A DNA stretch of 61,936 bases, counting the filler, from Actinomycetota bacterium (lineage in GTDB: Bacteria; Actinomycetota; Actinomycetes; JAKEEW01), in the NCBI GenBank assembly GCA_046725875.1. It is 4 parts of 4 records of this genome, joined end to end, with 100 filler letters (N's around TTAATTAATTAA, not from the genome) between each part and the next. Parts side by side here need not be neighbours in the genome. Positions count along the whole stretch, not along the records: positions 1 to 17,692 come from JBKOZJ010000055.1; positions 17,793 to 42,912 come from JBKOZJ010000058.1; 2 more parts are not named here. The stretch is one strand, 5' to 3'. How positions within the stretch are numbered: position 1 is the first letter of the stretch; each line of letters starts with the position of its first letter. Shown piece after piece: positions 9,902 through 19,568 of this stretch. The position numbers were made by a program, and so were the translations under genes. Below the pieces are notes generated by a model. The model did no database searches, was not told where the DNA came from, and was given only the letters and a program-made list of their open reading frames with translations.

Positions 9902-11661
9902 TGCGCGGTGGGCGGCGAGCCCTCTCGCCAGCGGTTGGTGATTGGCAGCCGGCGGTCCCGGCCGAACGCGCGGAAGGAGATTTTCGGCCCGGGCGGATAC
10001 TGGCGCCTCTTGTACTCGGCCGCGTCGACCATGCGGATCACCCGGTCGACGAGCGCGGGGTCGAATCCGGCCGCCACGATGTCCGCGTGTCCGCGGTCCT
10101 GTTCGACGTACTCGTCGAGGATTTGGTCGAGCAGCTCGTAGGTGGGCAGGGAGTCGGTGTCGAGCTGCCCGGGCCGCAGCTCGGCCGACGGCGGTTTGCT
10201 GATCGAGCGCTCTGGGATCGGCGGTCGCTCGCCGCGCTCCTCGGCTGCCGTGTTCCGCCATTTGGCGAGCCGCCACACCAGAGTCTTTGGTACGTCCTTG
10301 AGCGGGGCGAAACCGCCAACCGAATCGCCGTACAACGTCGAGTAGCCAACGGCGAGCTCACTCTTGTTCCCGGTTGCGAGCACAAGATGACCGTGCTGAT
10401 TCGATAGCCCCATCAGGGTGGTGCCCCGCACCCGCGCCTGCAGGTTCTCCTCCGCGATGCCGTCAAGCTTCACCGACGTAAGGAAAGCGTCCACCATCGG
10501 TGCGATCGGCACGGTCTCGAAGTGGATGCCGAGCCGGTCGGCGAGGTCGGCGGCGTCGCTTTTCGAGTTCTCGGAGGAGTAAGCGCTCGGCATGGACACA
10601 CCGTGCACTGCGTCGGCGCCGAGCGCATCGACGGCGATCGTCGCGGTGAGGGCCGAGTCGATCCCGCCGGATATGGCAACCACGACGGAGGCGAAGCCGT
10701 TCTTCTCAACGTAGTCGCGCAATCCGGTCACCAGCGCCGCATATACCTCCGCTTCGTCGTTGATGCGCGGCGCGATGCTTGCCCTCATTGGTGTGTACGG
10801 AGACAGGAGCGCGTCAGTTATCTCCACGCGCTCGATTGCAATCCCATTCACGGTTCCTGACGGTGCGTCCGCCGCCGGCTCCGGCAGCTCGAGGTCGACG
10901 ATCAGGCAGCCGTCCTCGAACTGCGGCGCCCGCGCGAGCACCTCGCCATTGCTCCCGACGACGATCGAGTCCCCGTCGAAGACCAGCTCGTCCTGGCCTC
11001 CGACCATGTTGACGTACGCGAGGGTGCAGCCCGCTTCGGCAGCTCGCCGCTGGACAAGCGCCAGCCGCACGTCGTCCTTGTTCAGCTCGTATGGGGAGCC
11101 GTTGATCACGAGCAGCAGGCCGGCCTTGGCCACGCCGGCGACCGAGACCGGTCCGCCGTTCTGCCAAATGTCCTCGCAGATCGTCAGCGCCACGTCGACG
11201 CCATGCAGCCGGGCAACCGACAGGCAGTTACCGGGCAGGAAATAGCGAAACTCGTCGAATACTCCGTAGTTGGGCAGGTGGTGCTTGGCCGTCTTGGCGA
11301 CGACGCGACCTCGGTGGATCCAAGCGGCCGCGTCCTTCGGGGCACCGGTCGGTCGTCCCACAACCGGGGCGGCCGTAGGCGATCCGTCGAGGTAGCCGAC
11401 CACCACGACCGTCTCGCCCAGCCCCTCCGCCATGAGCCTGGTCGCGAGCCCGTCGAGGGCATCTCGCGACGCGGTGATGAACGAGGCGCGGAGGGCGAGG
11501 TCCTCAACCGGATAGCCGGTCAACATCATCTCGGGGAAGGCCACGAGGTGGGCTCCGCGCTCCGCGGCATGCCGGGTCCAGGTGACAACGAGGTCGGCAT
11601 TTCCGGGCAGATCACCAACGGTGGGGTTCACCTGAGCGAGCGCGAGTCTCAGCTGGGCCAC
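9898..11661 (-). CDS. nadE: Glutamine-dependent NAD+ synthetase
   Basis: Nitrilase domain (FPE, KHHLPNYGVFDE, ICEDIW) plus synthetase domain (SGGIDS, ENLQAR, TGNKSE, PPSAEL). Confidence 0.97.
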   Translation of the reverse strand: MAQLRLALAQVNPTVGDLPGNADLVVTWTRHAAERGAHLVAFPEMMLTGYPVEDLALRASFITASRDALDGLATRLMAEGLGETVVVVGYLDGSPTAAPVVGRPTGAPKDAAAWIHRGRVVAKTAKHHLPNYGVFDEFRYFLPGNCLSVARLHGVDVALTICEDIWQNGGPVSVAGVAKAGLLLVINGSPYELNKDDVRLALVQRRAAEAGCTLAYVNMVGGQDELVFDGDSIVVGSNGEVLARAPQFEDGCLIVDLELPEPAADAPSGTVNGIAIERVEITDALLSPYTPMRASIAPRINDEAEVYAALVTGLRDYVEKNGFASVVVAISGGIDSALTATIAVDALGADAVHGVSMPSAYSSENSKSDAADLADRLGIHFETVPIAPMVDAFLTSVKLDGIAEENLQARVRGTTLMGLSNQHGHLVLATGNKSELAVGYSTLYGDSVGGFAPLKDVPKTLVWRLAKWRNTAAEERGERPPIPERSISKPPSAELRPGQLDTDSLPTYELLDQILDEYVEQDRGHADIVAAGFDPALVDRVIRMVDAAEYKRRQYPPGPKISFRAFGRDRRLPITNRWREGSPPTAQ

Positions 11662-11904
11662 GCTCTCAGCGTAGTTCGGCACCCGCCGCCAGCCCCGTGC
11701 ATCATCTCTGCCGCTCTACGGCTGGTAGCGCGGGTCAACTGGTCGATTTGGCCGGTTGGTGGCCGGCCGTAGGAGGCCGGTCGGGTGACACGGATCTTTG
11801 GCGACGCCGGGTTACCTATTGTGACTAATGGGGGAAAAGATGCTGGTGGGCTTATTGATTCATTTGAAGAGTTCGCCCGTCATCACCGACCCGTGGGGGA
11901 GACC

Positions 11905-13281
11905 GTGAGCCGACCGCTTCGGCTGTTCGCACCGATCGCGCTAATGGTCTTCGGCAGGTTCACACAGATGCCGTTGCTCCTCCGGACGGCGGGCCTGCCA
12001 GCCTTAATCGTCGCGGCTGCGGCCGCGCTTGTCGTGGCGTTCGCTCGGCCGGCGGCGGCCGAGCCCGGAACCCCCGTTGCCTATCCCGCCGGGGCGGCGA
12101 GCACCGGCTACTCAGGTGCCGCGTTCGACACGTGTACGGCCCCGAGCCTTAGCACGATGCGGGCCTGGTCTACGTCGCCGTACCGCGCCATCGGCATCTA
12201 CATCGGCGGCTACCGGTCGTGCTCCCAGCCGCAGCTGACGGCGAGCTGGGTGTACGAGCTCACGAAGCGGGGCTGGCGGCTGCTGCCGATCTACGTCGGG
12301 CGCCAGGCGCCATGTGCATACCGCTCCTTCAAGTACGTGATCAGCAGATCGACCCTCGCGACGAGTCAGGGTCGAGATGCCGCGACGGACGCGGTGGCCC
12401 GGGCGAAGGTGCTCGGGCTGCGCAGCGGCAGCGGCATCTACCTGGACATCGAGTACTACGATCCGAACGACAGCAGCTGCCGGACAGCGGTTCGGCGCTA
12501 TATCAGCGGCTGGACCAAGCAGCTGCACGCGAAGGGATACCTGGCCGGCGTCTACATCAACACGGCCGGCCTCAAGCATCTCGTCGGCACGTATATGTCG
12601 ACCTCCTACGCACGGCCCGACGCGGTCTGGCTGGCCCGCTGGGACGGCTCGTCCGCGCTGACCGGCTGGTCGGGCATCCCGAACGACAAGTGGTCGGTGC
12701 ACCAGCGGGCCAAGCAATATCGCGGGGACCACACTGAGAGCTACGGGGGTGTGAGGCTTCGCATCGACACCGACCGGCTCGATGCTCCCGTAGGCACAGT
12801 CGCCTACGCGTACCGCGTGACCGCGAACGGACTCAACGCCAGGACCGGACCGGGCACCTCCTACCCGGTGGTGCGGGTGCTCCCCAAGGGCTCCGCCGTA
12901 CGGGTCGTGTGTCGGACGACCGGTACCAAGATCGGCACGACGTCCGTGTGGAAGAAGCTGACCGACGGGACCTACGTCAGCGATTACTACCTGGATCCGC
13001 CGCCGCGCACGTCCTACCCGGTTCCGCCGCCGCGCTGCGTGTATCCGTACCAAGTCACCTCGAAGACGGGCCTCTATCAACGCACCGGCCCGGGTACGTC
13101 GTACCGCATTGCCGGTGTGCTGTCGCCGGGCGCCCTGGCCTGGGTTGTCTGCCAGCGTGCCGGGTCGAAGGTCGGGACGACCAGGATCTGGAACCGGCTC
13201 CTAAACGGCCGGTGGGTCAGCGACTACTACGTCGCCACGCCGAGCAACACCACCTACAGCAAACCCATCCGGCGCTGCTGA
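11905..13281 (+). CDS. Secreted DUF1906 (Rv2525c-like) peptidoglycan hydrolase with two C-terminal SH3b-like repeats
   Basis: Signal peptide ending AAA-E; FDTCTAP, IGIYIGG, YLDIE and AKQYRG motifs; repeats LNARTGPGTSY/LYQRTGPGTSY...VSDYY. Start is 11905 or 11968. Confidence 0.85.
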   Translation: MSRPLRLFAPIALMVFGRFTQMPLLLRTAGLPALIVAAAAALVVAFARPAAAEPGTPVAYPAGAASTGYSGAAFDTCTAPSLSTMRAWSTSPYRAIGIYIGGYRSCSQPQLTASWVYELTKRGWRLLPIYVGRQAPCAYRSFKYVISRSTLATSQGRDAATDAVARAKVLGLRSGSGIYLDIEYYDPNDSSCRTAVRRYISGWTKQLHAKGYLAGVYINTAGLKHLVGTYMSTSYARPDAVWLARWDGSSALTGWSGIPNDKWSVHQRAKQYRGDHTESYGGVRLRIDTDRLDAPVGTVAYAYRVTANGLNARTGPGTSYPVVRVLPKGSAVRVVCRTTGTKIGTTSVWKKLTDGTYVSDYYLDPPPRTSYPVPPPRCVYPYQVTSKTGLYQRTGPGTSYRIAGVLSPGALAWVVCQRAGSKVGTTRIWNRLLNGRWVSDYYVATPSNTTYSKPIRRC

Positions 13282-13355
13282 AGCTCGCTCGGGGTTCCCG
13301 GGCCCCGACCATCCTCAACCCATTTGTCGCAACCAGAAATCCCGCGACGAGGGCC

Positions 13356-13371
13356 GTAACGTCGGGTTAAC
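13356..13371. promoter_or_regulatory. Putative GlnR box upstream of glnA2
   Basis: GTAAC-N6-TTAAC resembles the GTnAC-N6-GaAAC consensus and lies 23 nt upstream of a glutamine synthetase-family gene. Confidence 0.5.
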
Positions 13372-13394
13372 ACGGCACGGGAAGACTGGAAGTC

Positions 13395-14840
13395 GTGGAT
13401 AAGCAGCAAGAGTTCGTGCTTCGTACGCTCGAGGAGCGGGACATTCGGTTCGTCCGGTTGTGGTTCACCGATGTGCTCGGCTTCCTGAAGTCGGTTGCTG
13501 TCGCGCCGGCCGAGCTGGAGGGCGCGTTCGCCGAGGGCCTCGGGTTCGACGGCTCGGCGATCGAGGGCTTTGCCCGCGTGTATGAGTCCGACATGCTCGC
13601 CAAACCCGACCCGGCGACCTTCCAGATCCTCCCGTGGCGGGCCGAGTCGCCGGGTGCCGCGCGGATGTTCTGCGACATCCTCATGCCGGACGGCAACCCT
13701 TCCTACGCGGACCCGCGCTATGTACTCAAGCGGGCGCTCGGCCGGGCCGCGGAGCTCGGCTTCACCTTCTACACCCACCCGGAGATCGAGTTCTTCCTCT
13801 TCGAGCGCGGCCCCGAGCTCGGTGGCGGCGTCCAAGGGGGTCGTCCGCCAGGGACGCTTGGGGACGGGGGCGTTTGGGGGAGTCGTCCCTCATGGATTCC
13901 GGACGCCGAGCGGCCGGTCCCCATCGACGCCGGAGGCTACTTCGACCACACTCCCCATGCGGTCGCGCACGACTTCCGCCGCACCGCGATCACCATGCTC
14001 GAGAGCATGGGCATATCGGTCGAGTTCAGCCACCACGAGGGTGCGCCCGGCCAGCAGGAGATCGACCTGCGTTACGCGGACGCCTTGACCACCGCCGACA
14101 ACATCATGACCTTCCGGCTGGTGATGAAGGAGGTCGCGCTCGAGCAGGGCGTGTTCGCCTCGTTCATGCCGAAGCCGCTCACCGAGCATCCCGGCTCCGG
14201 CATGCATACGCACCTGTCGCTGTTCGACGGCGACCGCAACGCGTTCCACGAGGCCGGGGCGGAGTATCAGCTCTCCAAGATCGGCCGGACCTTCATCGCC
14301 GGGCTGTTGCGGCATGCGGGCGAGATCACCGCGGTCACCAACCAGTGGGTCAACTCGTACAAGCGGCTCTGGGGCGGCGCCCGGCGGACGGCCGGCGCCG
14401 GCGGCGAGGCGCCCGCCTACGTCTGCTGGGGCCACAACAACCGCTCGGCGCTCATCCGGGTCCCCATGTACAAGCCGCAGAAAGGACAGTCGACCCGGAT
14501 CGAGGTGCGCTCGCTCGACTCCGCCTGCAACCCATACCTGGCTTTCGCGCTGCTTCTCTCCGCCGGGCTCAAGGGCGTCGAGGAAGGGTACGAGCTCCCG
14601 CCCGGCGCCGAGGACGACGTGTGGCAGCTGACCGATGCCGAACGCCGTGCCATGGGCATCGAGCCGCTGCCGCAGAACCTGTCCGAGGCGATCACGCTGA
14701 TGGAGCGCAGCGAACTCGTGGCCGAGACTCTGGGCGAGCACGTCTTCGACTTCTTCCTTCGCAACAAGCGGCGGGAGTGGGAGGACTACCGCAGCCAGGT
14801 CACGCCGTACGAGCTCGAGCGCTATCTCCCGGTTCTGTGA
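13395..14840 (+). CDS. glnA2: Glutamine synthetase-family protein, GlnA2 type
   Basis: MDKQQEFVLRTLEERDIRFVRLWFTD start, FDGSAIEG, HHEGAPGQQEI, FMPKP, GSGMHTH and WGHNNRSAL motifs; location near nadE/panB. Confidence 0.93.
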   Translation: MDKQQEFVLRTLEERDIRFVRLWFTDVLGFLKSVAVAPAELEGAFAEGLGFDGSAIEGFARVYESDMLAKPDPATFQILPWRAESPGAARMFCDILMPDGNPSYADPRYVLKRALGRAAELGFTFYTHPEIEFFLFERGPELGGGVQGGRPPGTLGDGGVWGSRPSWIPDAERPVPIDAGGYFDHTPHAVAHDFRRTAITMLESMGISVEFSHHEGAPGQQEIDLRYADALTTADNIMTFRLVMKEVALEQGVFASFMPKPLTEHPGSGMHTHLSLFDGDRNAFHEAGAEYQLSKIGRTFIAGLLRHAGEITAVTNQWVNSYKRLWGGARRTAGAGGEAPAYVCWGHNNRSALIRVPMYKPQKGQSTRIEVRSLDSACNPYLAFALLLSAGLKGVEEGYELPPGAEDDVWQLTDAERRAMGIEPLPQNLSEAITLMERSELVAETLGEHVFDFFLRNKRREWEDYRSQVTPYELERYLPVL

Positions 14841-14880
14841 GCCGGCACAGCCGTAGAAGGTCCGCGCCAACCTCGCTGGG

Positions 14881-14925
14881 GTAGCAGGGTCCTTGCTCCC
14901 ACATTGGGAGCAAGGACCCTGCTAC
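14881..14925. terminator. Perfect 21-bp inverted repeat after glnA2 (terminator or REP-like)
   Basis: GTAGCAGGGTCCTTGCTCCCA-cat-TGGGAGCAAGGACCCTGCTAC. Confidence 0.75.
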
Positions 14926-15051
14926 TGCTACTGGATGTGACGTGACGTGGTTCACCTCGGCGTTGCGAGCCGTTCCGCTTTCGATTAGCTGGGTAGCGTC
15001 ATCGTCATGAAGGTTCAAACCGAGGTCCCGGTTGATCATTTCCCCGGACCG

Positions 15052-15822
15052 ATGACAGAAGCTCCAGAGGTTCGCGGACCGGCGCCGACCGTGCTCGCGA
15101 TCCAGAACTCACCAAGCGGCGGACCCCGTCTGTTCGGAGACTGGTTGTCCGCCGCCGGCATTCGGATCGATCTGGTGGAGGCTTACGCCGGAGCGACAGT
15201 CCCGGCGCGGATGGAGGCACACGGACTCCTCGTGCTCGGCGGTGCGCCGTCACCGCGGGAGGACGACATCGCGCCGTGGTTCCCGGCCGTGCGTGACCTG
15301 CTCGCCGCCGCGGTCGCGGACCGGGTCCCCACGCTCGGTATTTGCCTCGGCCACCAGCTGCTCGCCATCGCCTGCGGCGGCGACGCCGGCCCCACAAGGG
15401 AAGAGGTCGAGGTCGGGCTGCACGACGTGACGGTGGATCGCACGGCGGCCGAGGGGGAGCCGCTGTTCGGCCCGCTGCCCGCCGTCGTTCCGGCCGTCGA
15501 GTCGCACAAGGACGAGGTGTGGGAGCTGCCCCCCGGCGCGGTACCCCTCGCGTCGACGCCCGGCTGCCGCTATCAGGCCTTCCGGGTAGGTCCATGTGCG
15601 TGGGGGGTGCAGTTCCATCCGGAGGTCACCGCGCGGCGCTACGTCGACTGGGCCGAGCGGGGGAGTCCACTGATCGCGGCATCGGGGAACGACCCGGCCG
15701 AGCTGGAAGCCGAGTGCGTCGAGGCAGCCCCGAAGCTGGTCGCGACCTGGCGCCCGTTCGCCTGGCGTTTCGCCCAGGTGGTACGGAAGCACGCTCGCGC
15801 GGTCGCACCGGCAGCGCGGTAG
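15052..15822 (+). CDS. Class I glutamine amidotransferase
   Basis: LGICLGHQLL nucleophile elbow and QFHPE triad motif. Confidence 0.9.
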   Translation: MTEAPEVRGPAPTVLAIQNSPSGGPRLFGDWLSAAGIRIDLVEAYAGATVPARMEAHGLLVLGGAPSPREDDIAPWFPAVRDLLAAAVADRVPTLGICLGHQLLAIACGGDAGPTREEVEVGLHDVTVDRTAAEGEPLFGPLPAVVPAVESHKDEVWELPPGAVPLASTPGCRYQAFRVGPCAWGVQFHPEVTARRYVDWAERGSPLIAASGNDPAELEAECVEAAPKLVATWRPFAWRFAQVVRKHARAVAPAAR

Positions 15823-15947
15823 CCAGCAGGCCTTGCGGAACGGTCCGCCTTCGAAAGCGGGACGCCCACTGCTGACCGTGCTCGTGCATGTGAATAGGCT
15901 GCGCCGATAGCTTGTGCCGATTTGTTGGTCAGCCACGTCAGGACAAG

Positions 15948-15963
15948 GTCACGACTAGGCAAC
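15948..15963. promoter_or_regulatory. Possible GlnR box upstream of amino-acid binding protein
   Basis: GTCAC-N6-GCAAC. Confidence 0.4.
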
Positions 15964-16087
15964 GCGTGGTTCGCGAAATGCCCAGATGTCTAGTCTCTGG
16001 CGAAGACCCTCTATAGGTTCGCCAAGACCAACCCCCCAAAAGAGCCGGTCGCGTCGAGGCGACCCACGCTCATGCGAAGGAGAACCA

Positions 16088-17356
16088 ATGATCCGCCCCA
16101 CTCCCGTATGGCGAACCCTCGCCGTGCTGGGCGCGGCCAGCCTCATCCTCACTGCATGCGGTGGCGACGACGACGACACCGCCGGTGGCGGTGGCTCGCC
16201 CACCAGCACCATCCCGCAAGGCGACGGAACGCTCACGATTGGCGCACTGCTACCGCAGACCGGAGACCTTGCCTTCCTCGGCCCGCCCGAGTTCGCAGGT
16301 GTCAAGCTCGCGGTCAAGGAGATCAACGCGGCCGGCGGTGTGCTCGGCAAGCCGATCAAGGAGATCGACACCGACTCCGGCGACGACGCCCCGGACGTGG
16401 CCAACCCCTCCGTCGACAGCCTGATCAACCAGAAGGCGGATGCCATCGTCGGCGCGGCGGCCTCTGGTGTCTCGCTAAACGTCATCGACAAGATCACCGG
16501 CCATGGCATCGTCCAGTTCTCGCCGGCGAACACGTCCGACAAGCTGTCGACCTACCCGGACAAGGACCTCTACTTCCGGACCGCTCCGCCTGATGTGCTT
16601 CAGGGCCGAGTGCTCGCCGACCTGATCGCCGAGGACGGCCACCAGAAGCTTGCGATCATCGCTCGGCAGGACGCCTACGGCACCGGCCTCGCCGAGAACA
16701 CGGAGAAGTTCTTCACCGAGGGCGGCGGCGAGGTCGTCGCGAAGGAGATCTACGGCACCGACACGACGAACTTCGCCTCGGTCGTCTCGAAGATCAAGGC
16801 AGCAAGTCCGGATGCGATCGCGCTGGTCGCGTTCAACGAGACCGAGAACATCGTCCCCGAGCTGGTCGCGCAGGGCCTACCGAACAAGTCGATCCCGTGG
16901 TACTTCGTGGACGGCAACCTGTCGAACAGCTACAAGTTCCCGAAGGGCACGCTCGAGGGCGCCAAGGGCACGCTGCCTGGGGCGGCGTCCCCGGAGGAGT
17001 TCCAGCAGAAGGCGCTCGCGGTCGACCCGAAGCTCGAGGATTTCAGCTACGCGCCTGAGTCCTACGACGCGGTGAACCTGATCGCTCTTGCCGCGGAGGC
17101 CGCGAAGAGCGACAGCGGCCAGGCGATCGGCTCCCAGCTGATCAATGTGAGCAAGGGCGGCGAGAAGTGCAGCGACTTCAAGTCCTGCAAGGCGCTGCTC
17201 GACGCTGGCAAGGACATCGACTACGACGGCGTCTCCGGCCCGGTCGAGTTCAACGACGTCGGCGACCCGGCGGTAGCCACCATCGGCATCTACAAGTACG
17301 GCGCCGACAACCAGTACAAGAACCTCGACTACAGGGAGGGCGACATCTCTGGCTGA
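16088..17356 (+). CDS. Branched-chain amino acid (Liv-type) ABC substrate-binding lipoprotein
   Basis: AAGGAG RBS, lipobox LTAC, IGALLPQTG, EINAAGGV, FRTAPPD and DYDGVSG motifs. Confidence 0.92.
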   Translation: MIRPTPVWRTLAVLGAASLILTACGGDDDDTAGGGGSPTSTIPQGDGTLTIGALLPQTGDLAFLGPPEFAGVKLAVKEINAAGGVLGKPIKEIDTDSGDDAPDVANPSVDSLINQKADAIVGAAASGVSLNVIDKITGHGIVQFSPANTSDKLSTYPDKDLYFRTAPPDVLQGRVLADLIAEDGHQKLAIIARQDAYGTGLAENTEKFFTEGGGEVVAKEIYGTDTTNFASVVSKIKAASPDAIALVAFNETENIVPELVAQGLPNKSIPWYFVDGNLSNSYKFPKGTLEGAKGTLPGAASPEEFQQKALAVDPKLEDFSYAPESYDAVNLIALAAEAAKSDSGQAIGSQLINVSKGGEKCSDFKSCKALLDAGKDIDYDGVSGPVEFNDVGDPAVATIGIYKYGADNQYKNLDYREGDISG

Positions 17357-17387
17357 GCATTACGCCCAGACCAGATATCGCCTAATC

Positions 17388-17421
17388 ACTGTGGGCCCGA
17401 CCGTATGGCCGGGCCCACAGT
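17388..17421. terminator. Hairpin between convergent genes
   Basis: ACTGTGGGCCCG...CGGGCCCACAGT. Confidence 0.75.
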
Positions 17422-17446
17422 CGTGTTTCCAGGCAGCCAGACGTGG

Positions 17447-17692
17447 CTAGCCAGCGGTGGTCGACGCGCAACCGGCCACGACCTGCTGTGCCGCTTCGTG
17501 GTAGTCCCGGAGGACGGTTACCTGAGTCTGGTGCGAGGCGCTTGCCGGGACGAGCTTCCTGCCGTCCGCCGCGAGACGCTCGGCAGCTGGCCGAACAGAT
17601 ACCGGTAGCTGGGTACCGTAGCGGTCCACGGTCCCCACGACCTCGGCGATGGCTCCGCGAGCCGCATCGTCGAACACTTGCCGGGCTTCCTG
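17447..17692 (-). CDS. C-terminal fragment of hypothetical protein (5' end lost at spacer)
   Basis: Open frame from the spacer edge (QEARQVFDDAARGAIAEVV...) ending just before the hairpin. Confidence 0.5.
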   Translation of the reverse strand, partial: QEARQVFDDAARGAIAEVVGTVDRYGTQLPVSVRPAAERLAADGRKLVPASASHQTQVTVLRDYHEAAQQVVAGCASTTAG

Positions 17693-17792
17693 NNNNNNNN
17701 NNNNNNNNNNNNNNNNNNNNNNNNNNNNNNNNNNNNTTAATTAATTAANNNNNNNNNNNNNNNNNNNNNNNNNNNNNNNNNNNNNNNNNNNN
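17693..17792. other. Artificial contig spacer
   Basis: N44-TTAATTAATTAA-N44; stop codons in all six frames. Confidence 0.98.
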
Positions 17793-17794
17793 TC

Positions 17795-19480
17795 GTCGCC
17801 TTCCTCTCGGGAGATCTGACCCAACGTCAGATCGGCGTCGGTTGGGCCAGCCTGCGTGACATGCCCGACCCCGCCGGCGAGCCGACGCTGACCGTCGATG
17901 AGGTGGACGAGATCTTCGGCCAGATCGGTCGGCGGTCGGGAGCGGGCTCGCAGGCCGAGCGGCGGTCGGCACTTGCCGATCTCTTCCGCCGGGCCACGGT
18001 GGAGGAGCACCGGTTCCTCTACGGCTTGCTGTCGGGTGAACTCCGGCAGGGAGCGCTCGATGGAGCCATGACCGATGCGATAGCGCGTGCGGCTGACGTG
18101 CCTGTCGCCGATGTTCGGCGAGCTGTGATGCTCCAAGGCGCCCTCGGCCCGGTCGCGTACGCCGCACTCACCGGCGGCTCTGCGGCCCTTGCTGAGGTCG
18201 GCTTGCAGGTCGGTCGTCCGGTGAAGCCGATGCTCGCGGAAACCGCGGAGAGCATGGAGGCGGCGCTGGCCCGGCTGAGCCGGGTGCCGAGCGAACAAGC
18301 CCGTGAGACTCCGAGTGGGTTGTCATCTGCCTCAACACGCGAGGTCGCGCTGGAATGGAAGATCGACGGGATCCGTGTGCAGATCCATCGTGTCGAGGAT
18401 GAGGTCTGGGTCTTCACCCGCACGCTCGACGACATCACCACACGAGTTCCGGAGATCGTCGACGGTGTTCGGGAGCTACCAGTCCACCAGGTCGTGCTCG
18501 ACGGCGAGGCGATCGCGCTACGTCCTGATGGGCCGCCGCATGCCTTCCAAGACACTGCGAGCCGGACCGGCAGCCGCCGTGACGTTCAGCGGCTCCGTGA
18601 GGAGCTCCCACTCAGCACGTTCGTCTTCGACGTCCTGCACGTTGACGGCAAGGATTTGCTCGACCTGCCGTCTACGCGCCGACACGAAGCCCTCGCCGCG
18701 GTCGTACCTGAGCCTCCCGCGTCGATCGCACCTCCGACAGTCGGGCGATTGGCAGCCGCAACCACACAAACGGGCGCAGGTTCGACGTCCGCCACGGCGA
18801 CTCCGGCACCTCCTGCGGCTCTCCACGAACAAGCCGTCGGCGCTGATGGTTCATCTACTTCCCCAGCAGCGGCGCACAGCCTTCCGGTGTCGAAGGCTCA
18901 TCGGGCATCAGCGGATGAGGCCGGACCGCGAGCAGTGATCGCGCGGATCCCGCGGCTCGTAACCGCCGATGCCCAGCGCGCAGCCGAATTCTTCGCCGAC
19001 GCCGTCGCCCGTGGACATGAGGGTGTCGTCGTGAAGTCGCTCGACACGCCCTATACGGCGGGCCGCCGTGGAGCCGGTTGGATCAAGGTGAAGCCGCGGC
19101 ACACGCTCGACCTGGTCATACTCGCGGCCGAGTGGGGTCATGGCCGCCGGCGCGGTTGGTTGTCCAACCTCCATCTTGGTGCTCGCGATCCCCGCACCGG
19201 GGAATTCGTCATGCTCGGCAAGACCTTCAAGGGCCTCACGGATGAGCTGCTTGCTTGGCAGACCGAGCAGTTCCTCGCTCGGGTGACAGAGCAGAACGAT
19301 TGGGTCGTCTACGTGAAACCGGAGCTGGTCGCCGAAATCGCTTTCGACGGTGTGCAGCGCAGCTCTCGCTATCCGGGCGGCGTGACGCTGCGCTTCGCCC
19401 GCGTTCTGCGTTACCGCGATGACAAGACTCCCGACGAGGCCGACACGATCGACACTGTTCGGATGCTGGGAGGCATCTGA
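17795..19480 (+). CDS. ligB: ATP-dependent DNA ligase (LigB type), 5'-truncated
   Basis: VKPMLA, motif [30 protein letters not shown] and LRFARV motifs; frame is open back to the spacer ([17 protein letters not shown]). Confidence 0.93.
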   Translation, partial: VAFLSGDLTQRQIGVGWASLRDMPDPAGEPTLTVDEVDEIFGQIGRRSGAGSQAERRSALADLFRRATVEEHRFLYGLLSGELRQGALDGAMTDAIARAADVPVADVRRAVMLQGALGPVAYAALTGGSAALAEVGLQVGRPVKPMLAETAESMEAALARLSRVPSEQARETPSGLSSASTREVALEWKIDGIRVQIHRVEDEVWVFTRTLDDITTRVPEIVDGVRELPVHQVVLDGEAIALRPDGPPHAFQDTASRTGSRRDVQRLREELPLSTFVFDVLHVDGKDLLDLPSTRRHEALAAVVPEPPASIAPPTVGRLAAATTQTGAGSTSATATPAPPAALHEQAVGADGSSTSPAAAHSLPVSKAHRASADEAGPRAVIARIPRLVTADAQRAAEFFADAVARGHEGVVVKSLDTPYTAGRRGAGWIKVKPRHTLDLVILAAEWGHGRRRGWLSNLHLGARDPRTGEFVMLGKTFKGLTDELLAWQTEQFLARVTEQNDWVVYVKPELVAEIAFDGVQRSSRYPGGVTLRFARVLRYRDDKTPDEADTIDTVRMLGGI

Positions 19481-19568
19481 GCAGCAGGGTGTCATGAGTC
19501 ATTGCCGTTGTTAGTACTGTTGGTCCGTGGAGGAGAGGGCGGTCGGCGCGGGTCGAGTGAACCGGGAG

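Noticed and set aside
18713..18942. Intein in LigB
   Set aside because: No N-terminal Cys/Ser block or C-terminal His-Asn plus nucleophile; too short and low-complexity.
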